Part shown: positions 61,843 to 64,000 of the stretch, piece after piece
How the letters are laid out: each line of letters begins with the position of its first letter
Numbering within the stretch: the stretch's first letter is position 1
DNA from: Stegostoma tigrinum
Lineage: Eukaryota
Length of the DNA stretch: 64,000 nt
NCBI RefSeq assembly: GCF_030684315.1
Contig: NC_081393.1
Coordinates: forward strand, 3,228,264 to 3,292,263
Direction of reading: 5' to 3'
Program-made: the position numbers and the translations under genes
Notes under the pieces: model-generated
Told to the model about the DNA's origin: nothing
Database searches by the model: none
The model's input: the letters and a program-made list of their open reading frames with translations, nothing else

Positions 61843-64000
61843 CTTTCTTCAAATTTCCCTCCTGAAACCTCCTGATTCCCTGTTTCTCTTCTGTGAAGAG
61901 TATCATTAAAATCTTAATCTTTGACCAAGCTTTTGGTCACTCGTCTGAACATCTGCTTATGCTCTTCAATGTCATATGTTACTTCTGATAGTATTCCAGT
62001 GAAGTGCCTTGAGATGTTTGACTGCATTGGAGGCTGTATATAAATACAAGCTGTTGCTGTTTTAATGCCATCTGTAAACTGAACAACGGAAGTTTCATGG
62101 CAGCTTGGTATGAGGAAGAAACATGAATCATTTGTCCTGCACTGCACTCTGTATTTTACTGAGTCTGTGACGGTAACCTGATGTTTGATGGGGTTATAAT
62201 CTATTTCCTTTTGTGGGCCCATGTAAAGCTCAGAAAGGAATTGAACTGAAATCATTTTTCTAATTTACTCAATTTGAATAATGACCATCCATTATCTGTT
62301 TCAAAAACCCTGGTGGAGGAAATGACCCATTACGCTCTTAACCTTTTGATGAATAGTCATCAGGCTGAACTCTGTTTCTAACTTCACATACACTGCCAGG
62401 TCATTGTTATTTTTTCTGCTTGTCTTTCAGATTGCTAGTGTCCACAACATTTTTTGCTTTTAACATCAAAACCCAGCAGGTTTCCATGAAAATACATTTT
62501 AAAAAATATCTGCTCCTTTATTCCCAAAACTTCTGAACAGCTGTGGCCACCTCACTTCAGGAAGAATATATTGACCTTGGAATGAATGCGTTATTGATAT
62601 ACCAGACAGGTGTCTGAAGCATGGATTATATCACATGGGATGATTGAAGAATCAAGGAATATTACCTGGAATTTAGAAGTCTGCAATAATTCGATGGAGT
62701 TTTTGATATGTTAAGGGGAATAGATAGGGTAGATAAAGGAAAAATATTTCCACTGGGTGGAGAGTCTCAGACAAGAAGACATTGTCCAAAAAACAGAGCC
62801 AGATCTTTCAGGACACAGAAACTCTTCTTTACCTCAAGGATGGAAGACGATTGAAGGTGTCTTCTGAAGCCAGCAATTGACATAAATTCAAGTCATAATT
62901 TTAAGTTTGTGTGAGGTGCTAGGTAAAGGCACATAGACTTAGGTCAAAGATCAGCCATGATCTCACTGAATTGCAGGAAATTAGTTTTGAGGGAATGCAA
63001 TAATAACCTTCTCCCAAACGCTTCAGGGAGTCTGAATTGCCACTGCAACATATATGCCTCTCAAAGTCTTGAGCTGTAGAGACTGATGGTAGAGGCTCCA
63101 AAGCTCCAGAAAGCTCTCCCAAACTCTTCCTAAGTGTTTCAGCATGTTTTCAAAGAATTTGCCAGTTGATGCTCAACATTTACAACCATCCTATGAACAC
63201 ACCTTCATTGGTCATTAAGTGCTGAAGTATGACTGCAACTGAAAGCATCCAGTTTAAAAGGAGGATTGCTGCTGTCTGTGTAACAAGACCTCCAAATCAG
63301 TGAAGCAAGGGCATGCAGTAATAACATTGCTGAAAGAAATAAGATAGAACGGAATTTCATTTCATGAAGAGGCATGCGATGGTTTTGTTTAAACAGTGTT
63401 GAAAGAACAGTCCGGGGTAACTTTTAAAAGGAACAGAGAAACATTAGGAACTTTCCCATTCACAGTCATCATTACCGATCTGCCACTTTCTCACCTGATC
63501 CCCATATTCCTTGATATCCTGGGAGATCAAAGCAAATTTCAGTCTTGAATAAACTCAACAATTAACAGTTCACAATTTGCTTGTGTAGAGAATAAATATT
63601 TGAAAAATCAGGCAAAAGAAAATAGAAAATATGCAAACAAAACAAATATTGTTTTCAACAAGTTGATTTGGACTTGGTGGGTTATATTGCTGTCTTTTGC
63701 TTTTTAAGCTAATTGTAATTCCTTATGTGAATTTTGGGGCAGTTCCATTCCATTAGGTTTGGTTGTCATAATTTAATATTGGACTTTTTAAATGTTAATT
63801 AATGCCCAATGCTGTTTGATTAGATAAGGATCTGTTGCACTAGACAAGCCAACTGATATCGTCGTTGACTAAACCTAAAGCCAGATGGTAAAATAGGAAT
63901 TAAGTCTTTGAACTTCTTTTAATGATTTTTTTTGGAAAATGCTGCATTATGTACTGTCACAACAGTTTTTCTTCATATATCTTTGCGATATTAGTCAATC

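Overview
This is eukaryotic vertebrate DNA. The repeat families (CR1 LINEs with an esterase ORF1, HE1-type and Deu-domain SINEs, abundant Penelope-like elements) point to a cartilaginous fish, probably a carpet shark (inference). I could not support any intact host protein-coding exon, so the window reads as a large intron or gene desert. It is mostly decayed retroelements: CR1 LINEs (one near full length at about 37.6-42.6 kb), an L2/CR1-like LINE, an RTE fragment, SINEs, solo LTRs, a fossil Gypsy gag-pol and a fossil hAT transposase. It also holds an isolated, CpG-eroded histone H2B copy and several AT-rich blocks that look like conserved non-coding elements. The most structured signal is a set of about 15 Penelope-like (PLE) insertions from at least three families. 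Most carry a minimal hammerhead-ribozyme motif (CTGANGA-stem II-GAAAC-GTC/GTT) and many are head-to-head fold-backs. Most are flanked by 9-18 bp target-site duplications that often overlap the element ends by microhomology. Many short copies begin 0-5 nt upstream of the ribozyme core. A separate ~96% identical 257/275 bp inverted repeat at 53.4-54.8 kb is unexplained. All alignments and counts were done by eye, and the boundaries of old repeats are approximate.
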